A DNA stretch of 20,023 bases from Ignavibacteriales bacterium. Lineage in GTDB: Bacteria > Bacteroidota > Ignavibacteria > UBA10030 > UBA6906. The stretch covers positions 1 through 20,023 of the forward strand of contig JBBIRR010000060.1 of NCBI GenBank assembly GCA_037441705.1, written 5' to 3'. Numbering within the stretch: position 1 is the stretch's first letter; each line of letters starts with the position of its first letter. Both the position numbers and the translations under genes were made by a program. Below the pieces are notes generated by a model. That model worked only from the letters and a program-made list of their open reading frames with translations. It did no database searches and was not told where the DNA came from. Of the stretch, positions 1 to 7,172 are shown piece after piece.

Positions 1-1
1 C

Positions 2-499
2 ATCATTCCTCCGGGCGTCGCGTCGTTTCTGCTCACTAGCAGGCTCGACGCCGACTCGATCATTGCCCAGCAGCGCCGAACACGGGTGAACACACTCCAG
101 CTTGTTGACCGAGTCCCCAAGCTCACCTTACAACGATTGCGCGAAGCATTACCGGGTGTTGGCATCGTGCAGGTCGTTCATGTGCAGGGCGAGGAGGCAC
201 TTGCCGAGGCAATGGCCGTCACACCGTTCGTTGATGCAATCCTTCTCGACTCCGGAAAGCCGCAGCTCGCTGTGAAGGAACTCGGCGGTACCGGGCGTAC
301 GCATGATTGGAGCATCAGCCGCAAGATTGTTGAGGCTGTCCGCGTGCCCGTGTATCTCGCGGGCGGACTGAACGCCGACAACGTCGCCGAGGCGGTCCGG
401 CAGGTGCGTCCGTTCGGCGTTGATCTCTGTTCCGGCCTTCGCACGAATGGAAAACTCGATGAACAGAAACTTTCCGCATTCATGAGGAACGTGTCATGA
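2..499 (+). CDS. trpF: Phosphoribosylanthranilate isomerase family protein (TrpF-like), 5'-truncated by the window edge
   Basis: Frame is open from position 2 (IIPPGVASFLLTS...). PRAI motifs LLDS...GGTGRTHDW, LAGGLNADNV and PFGVDLCSG. Stop TGA overlaps the next ATG (ATGA). Confidence 0.85.
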   Translation: MIPPGVASFLLTSRLDADSIIAQQRRTRVNTLQLVDRVPKLTLQRLREALPGVGIVQVVHVQGEEALAEAMAVTPFVDAILLDSGKPQLAVKELGGTGRTHDWSISRKIVEAVRVPVYLAGGLNADNVAEAVRQVRPFGVDLCSGLRTNGKLDEQKLSAFMRNVS

Positions 500-1185
500 A
501 CGCGCTTCTGCTTCTTCTCTCTCTGACGATCACGCTTCAGGAGGACACGATGCAATCCGCTCCGTACCGCTTTCTGGCGCTTGGTGATTCCTACACGATT
601 GGCGAAAGCGTTCAGGAATCCGATCGGTGGCCCGTGCAACTCGCTGCCGCACTGCGACGGCGCAACCTCGCGGTGGACGATCCCCTCATTATTGCTCGCA
701 CCGGGTGGACGACGGACGAGCTGAACGCAGGAATTGATCAGGAACAGCCGCACGGGACGTTCGATCTCGTGACGCTGCTGATCGGCGTCAATAATCAATA
801 TCGCGGGAGATCGGCCGAAGAATACCGCACAGAATTCACCAACCTGCTCCAACGCGCAATTGCGTTCGCCGGCGGAGATGCGTCGCGCGTCGTCGTTGTG
901 TCGATCCCCGATTGGGGCGTGATGCCGTTTGCCGAAGGAAGGGATCGCGAAAAAATCGCCCGCGAGATTGATGCCTTCAACGCCGTCAACTGGGAAGAGG
1001 CCGTTCGTGCAAAGGTGCACTATGTGGATGTCACTCCCATTTCACGCGAAGCTGGGCGGCGGCCTGAGTTAGTTGCCGATGACGGCTTGCATCCCTCCGC
1101 ACTTCAATATCGCCTTTGGGTGGAGCTCATCGAGCCGAAAGCACTTCACGCGCTTGGCGCTGTGATGGAGAAGGAGGAAAAATGA
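496..1185 (+). CDS. SGNH/GDSL hydrolase family protein, possible N-terminal signal peptide
   Basis: Block I LALGDSYTIG, block II ARTGWTT, block III LLIGVNNQY, block V DGLHPS. Short hydrophobic N-terminus. Confidence 0.9.
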   Translation: MNALLLLLSLTITLQEDTMQSAPYRFLALGDSYTIGESVQESDRWPVQLAAALRRRNLAVDDPLIIARTGWTTDELNAGIDQEQPHGTFDLVTLLIGVNNQYRGRSAEEYRTEFTNLLQRAIAFAGGDASRVVVVSIPDWGVMPFAEGRDREKIAREIDAFNAVNWEEAVRAKVHYVDVTPISREAGRRPELVADDGLHPSALQYRLWVELIEPKALHALGAVMEKEEK

Positions 1186-1523
1186 AAAGTCCCATCACCA
1201 CGCACGTCCTTGATCTCTCGCTCGGCAAGCCCGCGGCAGGACTCGTCGTTCGGCTGGAGAAATTCTCCGGCGGCGCCTGGCTGCCCGTTGCCGAAGCCGT
1301 TACCGATAGCGACGGTCGCATCATGACCTTTCTCTCTCCCGATCAATCTCTCTCGGACAATCCTTATCGCCTTACGTTTCAGACGGGAGAGTATTTCGCG
1401 TCGACACGACGAGAAGCTTTCTACCCTAAGGTGTCGGTGGAGTTTCTTGCTGCCGAAGGCGAGCACTATCACATCCCTTTGCTGCTCAGTCCGTTCGGGT
1501 ACACCACCTATCGGGGGAGTTGA
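1182..1523 (+). CDS. uraH: 5-hydroxyisourate hydrolase (transthyretin-like), cytoplasmic type
   Basis: ITTHVLD...GKPAAG N-terminal motif, TDSDGR, and HYHIPLLLSPFGYTTYRGS with the diagnostic C-terminal YRGS. Start moved to ATG 1182 (RBS AAGGAGG at 1171-1177, ATGA overlap). Confidence 0.95.
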   Translation: MKSPITTHVLDLSLGKPAAGLVVRLEKFSGGAWLPVAEAVTDSDGRIMTFLSPDQSLSDNPYRLTFQTGEYFASTRREAFYPKVSVEFLAAEGEHYHIPLLLSPFGYTTYRGS

Positions 1524-1563
1524 GGCAAGCCTGTCCTTTACGGCTGAGAGCCGCCTTCCTCGA

Positions 1564-1583
1564 AATCACATCATGATGTGATT
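1564..1583. promoter_or_regulatory. Perfect 20-bp palindrome, putative transcription-factor operator
   Basis: AATCACATCA|TGATGTGATT, intergenic, abutting and overlapping a predicted -35. Confidence 0.65.
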
Positions 1584-1610
1584 GAGCTACGATTTCCATC
1601 AGGGTATCTT
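1582..1610 (+). promoter_or_regulatory. Putative sigma70-type promoter of the ABM-like gene
   Basis: TTGAGC-N17-TATCTT, 33 nt upstream of ATG 1644. Confidence 0.5.
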
Positions 1611-1643
1611 TGTAGCGTTCATCAACAACTCCGGAGATACTCG

Positions 1644-1919
1644 ATGGCAATTCTTCTCACGACAAAGGTCAAAGGACAGACCGCAGAAGGCTATGACCAA
1701 GTTTCCGTGTTTCTCCATGAGGTTATCCGAAAGTCACCAGGATTCATCCTGCATTGTGCGTATTCATCGGAAGAAGGTTGGAGTGTGTTGGAAGTCTGGA
1801 ATTCCAAGGCAGAAGCAGATCAGTTTTTTGCAAAACATGTTGCACCTAATCTTCCCAAAGGCATTGTACCCAAACGTTCATATCAAGAGTTACATAGTGT
1901 TGTTACACCACCACTGTAG
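1644..1919 (+). CDS. Small (91 aa) dimeric alpha/beta-barrel protein (ABM/antibiotic biosynthesis monooxygenase-like)
   Basis: PGFILH...WSVLEVWNSKAEADQF pattern typical of ABM-like barrels. GGAG RBS at 1633-1636 supports ATG 1644 over GTG 1578. Confidence 0.7.
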   Translation: MAILLTTKVKGQTAEGYDQVSVFLHEVIRKSPGFILHCAYSSEEGWSVLEVWNSKAEADQFFAKHVAPNLPKGIVPKRSYQELHSVVTPPL

Positions 1920-1925
1920 AATTAC

Positions 1926-1946
1926 AGGGAGACAATCTCCCTTTCT
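1926..1946 (+). terminator. Hairpin, possible intrinsic terminator 1
   Basis: AGGGAGA-CAA-TCTCCCT followed by TTCT, 6 nt after the stop codon. Confidence 0.45.
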
Positions 1947-1956
1947 AGCTAGGTGA

Positions 1957-1981
1957 ACCGTTCAGGCGGTCGTTTTTCTTT
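1957..1981 (+). terminator. Possible intrinsic terminator 2
   Basis: ACCGT-TCAG-GCGGT stem-loop (one G-U pair) followed by CGTTTTTCTTT. Confidence 0.45.
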
Positions 1982-2134
1982 GCAAACCAAATTCACGTAA
2001 CAGACAGCACTACGATGTTCGCTCCCTTGAAATGGCTGGAATCAAGCAGTGACCGGCCGAGATCGGGAACTTTCTCGCGGGTTGGATCATCAATTGGGTA
2101 GATCGAAAAGGGTAGGTACTTACAGGAGTCTGTG

Positions 2135-2551
2135 ATGAAGCGGATCATGTTCATGCTGGCGATGGTGTTCGGCTGCGTTTTCTTCGCCGGTGCACAGGGT
2201 GATTCGTACAAAGTCGTTTTCGACTTGACGAGCCGTGACAGCCTTGCCCAGAAGGCGGTCGTGCGGTGGATCAAGGAGATCATCGCCACACATCCACAGG
2301 CGCAGTTAGAAGTCGTCATGTACGGCAAAGGCTTCGAGTTAGTGATGCCGGAGAAGTCTGCGGCAATTGCCGACGTTCGAGATGCGGCAAAGAATCCCAA
2401 CGTGTCGTTCACCGTTTGTGCTATGGCGTTGAAGAGCAACAAGGTCGAGCGCAGCGCGCTGTTGAGCGAAGTGAAAACCGTTCCCGACGGCATTTACGAA
2501 ATCATCACGAAGCAACGGGAAGGGTGGGGCTACATCAAAGTTGCTCACTAA
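2135..2551 (+). CDS. Exported DsrE/DsrF-like family protein (putative sulfur-relay protein)
   Basis: Sec signal MKRIMFMLAMVFGCVFFAGAQG. DsrE-type elements KVVFDL, LEVVMYGKGFEL, FTVCAMAL (conserved Cys) and VPDGIYEIITKQREGWGYIK. RBS AGGAG at 2124-2128; GTG 2132 is an alternative start. Confidence 0.85.
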   Translation: MKRIMFMLAMVFGCVFFAGAQGDSYKVVFDLTSRDSLAQKAVVRWIKEIIATHPQAQLEVVMYGKGFELVMPEKSAAIADVRDAAKNPNVSFTVCAMALKSNKVERSALLSEVKTVPDGIYEIITKQREGWGYIKVAH

Positions 2552-2588
2552 ATCCATCACACGTTAACCACTAAGGAGGATCTCCCCC

Positions 2589-3266
2589 ATGCTCGACCTG
2601 ACCGCAACCCGTCGAAGTTTTCTCGGCAGTCTGGCTGCAACTGCTGCAGCAGGTGTCGCAGGACTCAGTCTGCCCGAGCAGCTCATGGCTCAGCAGATGA
2701 CGAAGGCTTCATCCGACCCGACGTTTGATAAGTGGATTGCCAAAATTCGAGGCAAGCACAAGCAGGTGTTCGATGCCCCGAGCATCAACGGCGGGCTGCC
2801 GCTCGCGTGGGCGCGTGTGTTTGTCATGACGAATGAGATGGTGGGAACGCCTGCAAAGGACGTTTCCGCAGTTCTCATCCTGCGTCACGATGCCATTCCC
2901 ATCGGCATGCATAACGAGGTGTGGCAGAAGTACAAGTTCAGCGAAGCTTTCAAGCCCGTGCACGCCATGACGAAGCAGCTCATCACCAACAACATTTTCT
3001 GGAAGCCGAAAGAAGGTGATTTGCCTCTGCCCGGCATGGCACTGAACGAACTTCTCGACGCGGGAGTGATGGTTGGCTTGTGCGACATGGCCCTGACGGT
3101 GAGCAGCGGTGCGTTTGCGAAAGACATGAATATGGACGCCGCCGCCGTCAAGAAAGAATGGGTTGACAGCGTTTTCCCGGGAATTCAGATTGTCCCATCG
3201 GGTGTTCTTGCGATCAACCGCGCACAGGAGAAAGGCTGCACGTACTGCTACGCAGGTGAAGGATAG
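2589..3266 (+). CDS. Tat-exported protein with DsrE-like C-terminal region
   Basis: Twin-arginine motif TRRSFLG plus hydrophobic stretch. HKQVFD, VGLCDMAL and VPSGVLAINRAQEKGCTY parallel the upstream DsrE protein. RBS AAGGAGG. Confidence 0.75.
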   Translation: MLDLTATRRSFLGSLAATAAAGVAGLSLPEQLMAQQMTKASSDPTFDKWIAKIRGKHKQVFDAPSINGGLPLAWARVFVMTNEMVGTPAKDVSAVLILRHDAIPIGMHNEVWQKYKFSEAFKPVHAMTKQLITNNIFWKPKEGDLPLPGMALNELLDAGVMVGLCDMALTVSSGAFAKDMNMDAAAVKKEWVDSVFPGIQIVPSGVLAINRAQEKGCTYCYAGEG

Positions 3267-3331
3267 TTTATCTCTTCAAGGATCCCTATCTCACAAATGT
3301 TAAGCATTGTATCGAAAGGAGGGTGGCCTGT

Positions 3332-3802
3332 ATGCGTCACTCAAAGATGCTGTATGCGATTCTGACGATTCTGCTTCTGGGGATGGGCACATCACTGCGT
3401 GCTCAAGAAGCCCCCAAAGGCGAGAAGTCACTCTACGAGCGACTCGGAGGAGCAGGCGCCATTGCGGTTGTGGTGGATGACTTCATTGATCGCATCTGGG
3501 TCAACAAGGTTCTCAACGCCAATCCGAAAAACAAAAAAGCGATGGGCGTGAAGAAGCCTGCTCTGAAGTATCTTGCCACGGAACTGGTTTGCCAGGTAAC
3601 CGGCGGCCCGCAGAAATACAGCGGGCGACCGATCAAGGATGTGCATGCAAAGCTCAACATCAGCGAGAAGGAGTGGGACGCGATGGTGGTGGATTTCAAA
3701 ACCACGCTGGACAAATTCAAAGTGCCGATGAAGGAGCAGGAAGAACTCCTGGCTATTGTCGGCAGCAGCAAAGGCGATATCGTGACGGTGGCAAGCAAGT
3801 AG
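3332..3802 (+). CDS. Group I truncated (2/2) hemoglobin with N-terminal signal peptide
   Basis: SLYERLGG, VVDDF, TGGPQKYSGR and proximal His in DVHAKLNI. Signal peptide ...ILTILLLGMGTSLRA|QE. RBS AAGGAGG at 3316-3322 favours ATG 3332. Confidence 0.88.
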   Translation: MRHSKMLYAILTILLLGMGTSLRAQEAPKGEKSLYERLGGAGAIAVVVDDFIDRIWVNKVLNANPKNKKAMGVKKPALKYLATELVCQVTGGPQKYSGRPIKDVHAKLNISEKEWDAMVVDFKTTLDKFKVPMKEQEELLAIVGSSKGDIVTVASK

Positions 3803-3805
3803 AGG

Positions 3806-4792
3806 ATGATGATAGTCCGGCGTCAGCAAGCGAACGTAATTCTCTCTTCTCCAAATTTCTTCAGCTCATACCTACGAAGTCTCGCGCTTGTCCTTCTGGT
3901 GATGAGCCTCGGCATCTTTGCTCCCGACGTCGAGGCTCAATCCCGTTCACGCACTCCTTCTCGCGTCACGTTGATTCCAGCTTCTTCAACCATGACGACG
4001 GCGTGGGACATCCCGATGAACCCACTCGCCGATTCAACACTCCCGCCGTCTCCACTGACGGCCCAGATTCGGTGGGGATTCAAGCTCTTCATGAACACGC
4101 CGGAAGAGGCGGCGCGGTTCTCTCCCAACAAACTCTCGTGCAACAACTGTCATTTGAATGCCGGACAGAAAGAGAAAGCGATGCCCCTCGTCGGCATTGC
4201 CGCAATCTACCCTGAGTACAACAAGCGCGAGGGGCGGCTGTTCAGTCTCGAAGATCGTATTGTGGGATGTTTCAGACGCAGCATGGGGGCGGTGCGCGGC
4301 GATGCGATCCCCGAAAATCATTCTCCGGAAGTGCTTGCCATCTCCGCCTATCTTGCGTGGCTTTCACGCGGGTCTCCTGTCGGTAAGAGTCCTGCCTGGC
4401 GCGGACACAATGTGATCCCTTCTCACAAGTTGCTTCCCCTCGAGCGGCTCGATGCCCGGCGGGGAGAGGAACTGTTCAAGGAGAAGTGCACGAACTGCCA
4501 CGGCCAGGATGGGCAAGGAGTTCAGATTGGAGATAAGAAAGCCGGACCCTTGTGGGGCCCCGATTCGTGGAACGACGGCGCAGGTGCAGCTCGAGTGTAC
4601 ACGCTGGCGGGCATGATACGCCATGCAATGCCGTACCTCGATCCCGGTTCGCTCACCGATGAGGAGGCGCAACACATTGCTGCGTTCATCTGCTCGCAGT
4701 CACGTCCGGAGTATCCTCACAAGTCGCTTGACTATCGTGTCGAGCCTCTGCCGCCTGACGCGGTGTACTACGGAAAACGAAAACAGGACTAA
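3806..4792 (+). CDS. tsdA: Diheme c-type cytochrome, thiosulfate dehydrogenase/tetrathionate reductase TsdA family
   Basis: Two CxxCH motifs (CNNCH, CTNCH), LEDRIVGCFRRSM with the TsdA active-site/heme-ligating Cys, PLWGPDSWNDGAG, and distal Met in AMP. Hydrophobic export signal near the N-terminus; exact start uncertain. Confidence 0.8.
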   Translation: MMIVRRQQANVILSSPNFFSSYLRSLALVLLVMSLGIFAPDVEAQSRSRTPSRVTLIPASSTMTTAWDIPMNPLADSTLPPSPLTAQIRWGFKLFMNTPEEAARFSPNKLSCNNCHLNAGQKEKAMPLVGIAAIYPEYNKREGRLFSLEDRIVGCFRRSMGAVRGDAIPENHSPEVLAISAYLAWLSRGSPVGKSPAWRGHNVIPSHKLLPLERLDARRGEELFKEKCTNCHGQDGQGVQIGDKKAGPLWGPDSWNDGAGAARVYTLAGMIRHAMPYLDPGSLTDEEAQHIAAFICSQSRPEYPHKSLDYRVEPLPPDAVYYGKRKQD

Positions 4793-7125
4793 GTCGCCAC
4801 GGCGTGCCGTTCTGCAACCCGCTCGCGGCGATGCCGCCGCAGCTTCTCTGCTGCAAGAACGATCACTTCATTCGTTGCAGGCAAAGAAAACTCCGGCTCG
4901 ATTTCGTGATCGGCTGATGCAGAGACGGCATCTTTGATTGCGAGCCAGGTCGAGAGTGCGAGCATCAACGGTGGTTCGGCAACGGCTTTGCTCTTGCGGA
5001 TGGTGTTGGGGTTCGGAACATTCTCCAGAAGTCGCACGCGGAAGTCACGCGGAATATCCCGCACGGTTGGAATCTTGTACGTATCGGGTGAGTGCGTCAT
5101 CAGGCGTCCCTTCTCGTCCCACTTGATCTCTTCCGTCGTCACCCAGCCGTTGCCTTGAATGTAGCCTCCCTCGACTTGCCCGATATCGATCTGAGGATTC
5201 AGCGAGTCGCCTACATCGTGAAGAATGTCGGTCCGCACAATGGTGTGATGCCCGGTGAGGAGATCGACCAGTACTTCCGTGCACGCCATCCCGAACGCGT
5301 AGTAGTGGAACGGCTTGCCCCATCCTTTCTGCTTATCCCACCCGATGTTCGGCGTGCGGTAGAAACCGGTAGCGCTCAAACTCACCTGCCGCAGATGCAT
5401 CAACGGCATTGCTTCGGCGAAGCCGATCGTACGATCGGGATGCTCGCTGTCGAAGATCGTATCGTTCTGGAAAATGATTGCTTCGGCGCGCGTCGGTTCC
5501 TGCGGGTGCTGCTCGTTGAAGTATGCAGCGAGTTCGGCGGCGATGCGTGCCTTGAGTGTGTCCACGGCATTCTTCACCGCCATTCCGTTCAGATCGGCGC
5601 CGGCAGATGCTGCGGTAGCGGATGTGTTCGGCACTTTGGACGTGTTGGTTGCGTTGACTTTGACGCGGCTGAGGCTCACGCCGAATTCTGCGGCGGCGAC
5701 CTGCTGCATCTTGGTGTGCAGCCCCTGTCCCATTTCTGTGCCGCCGTGGTTGACGAGGATGGTTCCATCTTTGTACACGTTCACCAGCGCCCCCGCCTGA
5801 TTGAGGAAGGAGGTGGTGAAGGAGATGCCGAACTTCACCGGCGTCAGGGCGATACCTTTCTTGACGAATTCATGCGATGCGTTGAACTCCGCAGCCGCCG
5901 CTCTTCTACGATGGTAGTCCGAAGACGCGACGAGTTCATCGTAGATGCGATAAAGCCGGTTATGCTCGACGGTCTGGCCGTAGTGCGTGATGTTCCGTGA
6001 TTCGACGCCATAGAAATTCCTGTAACGAACCTCGAGCGGATCTTTCTTGAGAAAGCGAGCAATTCGATCCATTACCGTTTCGATGACGGCCATGCCCTGC
6101 GGTCCGCCGAAGCCGCGGAAGGCAGTATTGGAGGGGAGATTGGTCTTCCAGACGCGCGCATTCACATGAACGTTCGGGATGTAGTAAGCGTTGTCGACAT
6201 GCAGCATGGCGCGTTCCATGATGGCGAAGGAAAGATCGGTTGCGCAACCGCCGTCGCTGTTGAGTTCGAATGTTGCGGCAAGAAGCCTTCCCTCGTCATC
6301 GAACCCCACGTCATAGCGGGAGAGAAAGCGGTGACGCTTGCCGGTCATGATCATGTCGTCGTCGCGGAAGAGCCGAATCTTGACGGGCCTGCGCGTCGCG
6401 TGACAGAGCAACGCGGTCCAGCAGGCAGTGTGATTGGCCTGGGTTTCCTTTCCGCCGAACGCGCCGCCCATGCGACGGACCTCGACCACGACGTCATGTT
6501 TCTTGATGCCGAGAAGCTCGGCAATGAGAGCCTGCGTTTCCGAAGGATGTTGTGTTGAGGAGAAGACGTTGATTTCGTTTCCCTCTCCGGGTATGCACAA
6601 ACACACCTGCGATTCGAGGTACCAATGCTCTTGAGCCCCGGTGCGAAGCTCTCCTTGCAAGCGATGCGGTGCCGAACGAAGCGCCTCGTCGGGATCGCCG
6701 CGCTGCATCATACGCGGCGGGCCTAACAGACTGTTCTTTGCCATCGCCTGTTCGATCGTGAGGATGGGTTCGAGGGGTTCGAACGCGACCTGAATTCTGC
6801 GTTCAGCTTCGCGCGCTTGTGCTCCGGTCTCCGCCGCGATCAGGAACATCGCCTGCCCGACGCACACGACCTCGTGTTCCGCGAGGCACGGTTCATCCTT
6901 GACCACCGGACCCATTTGGTTGGCGCCGGGAATATCTCGGAACGAAAGCACGGCATGCACGCCCGGCACCTTGCGCGCCTCGGAAAGATCGAACGACACA
7001 ATGCGCGCGTGTGCGTGAGGAGAGTACACAACGCGACCGACGAGCAGCCGGTCGTTGACGGGAATATCGTCAACATAGACCGCCTCGCCGGTGACGTGCT
7101 TCTCGGCAGACTCGTGGGGGATCAT
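4789..7125 (-). CDS. xdhB: Xanthine dehydrogenase molybdopterin-binding subunit
   Basis: PHESAEKHVTGEAVYVDD, QEHWYLE, RRMGGAFGGKETQ, SNTAFRGFGGPQG, GGTEMGQGLHTK, TAASAG and KAVAEPP (catalytic Glu). Confidence 0.96.
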   Translation of the reverse strand: MIPHESAEKHVTGEAVYVDDIPVNDRLLVGRVVYSPHAHARIVSFDLSEARKVPGVHAVLSFRDIPGANQMGPVVKDEPCLAEHEVVCVGQAMFLIAAETGAQAREAERRIQVAFEPLEPILTIEQAMAKNSLLGPPRMMQRGDPDEALRSAPHRLQGELRTGAQEHWYLESQVCLCIPGEGNEINVFSSTQHPSETQALIAELLGIKKHDVVVEVRRMGGAFGGKETQANHTACWTALLCHATRRPVKIRLFRDDDMIMTGKRHRFLSRYDVGFDDEGRLLAATFELNSDGGCATDLSFAIMERAMLHVDNAYYIPNVHVNARVWKTNLPSNTAFRGFGGPQGMAVIETVMDRIARFLKKDPLEVRYRNFYGVESRNITHYGQTVEHNRLYRIYDELVASSDYHRRRAAAAEFNASHEFVKKGIALTPVKFGISFTTSFLNQAGALVNVYKDGTILVNHGGTEMGQGLHTKMQQVAAAEFGVSLSRVKVNATNTSKVPNTSATAASAGADLNGMAVKNAVDTLKARIAAELAAYFNEQHPQEPTRAEAIIFQNDTIFDSEHPDRTIGFAEAMPLMHLRQVSLSATGFYRTPNIGWDKQKGWGKPFHYYAFGMACTEVLVDLLTGHHTIVRTDILHDVGDSLNPQIDIGQVEGGYIQGNGWVTTEEIKWDEKGRLMTHSPDTYKIPTVRDIPRDFRVRLLENVPNPNTIRKSKAVAEPPLMLALSTWLAIKDAVSASADHEIEPEFSLPATNEVIVLAAEKLRRHRRERVAERHAVAT

Positions 7126-7156
7126 GATTCGTACCGTTCAAGACGTGATTGTATGT

Positions 7157-7172
7157 TGCTCGCCTACCATCC
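7157..7172 (+). repeat. Left arm of imperfect inverted repeat (partner at 8305-8320)
   Basis: TGCTCGCCTACCATCC versus reverse complement of 8305-8320, TGCTCGCCTATCACCC: 14/16 identical, first 10 perfect. Confidence 0.6.

Noticed and set aside
1116-1181. N-terminal extension of UraH that might be a targeting peptide
   Set aside because: It overlaps the SGNH gene and is not hydrophobic. A strong RBS supports ATG 1182.
2033-2048. Sigma54-like GG-N10-GC spacing (TGGCTGGAATCAAGCA) upstream of dsrE
   Set aside because: Lacks the AC after TGGC and the TT before GC; too weak to call.
2135-3266. DsrE proteins as sulfur donors for the Mo=S ligand of the neighbouring XDH
   Set aside because: Both carry export signals, whereas Moco sulfuration via XdhC is cytoplasmic.
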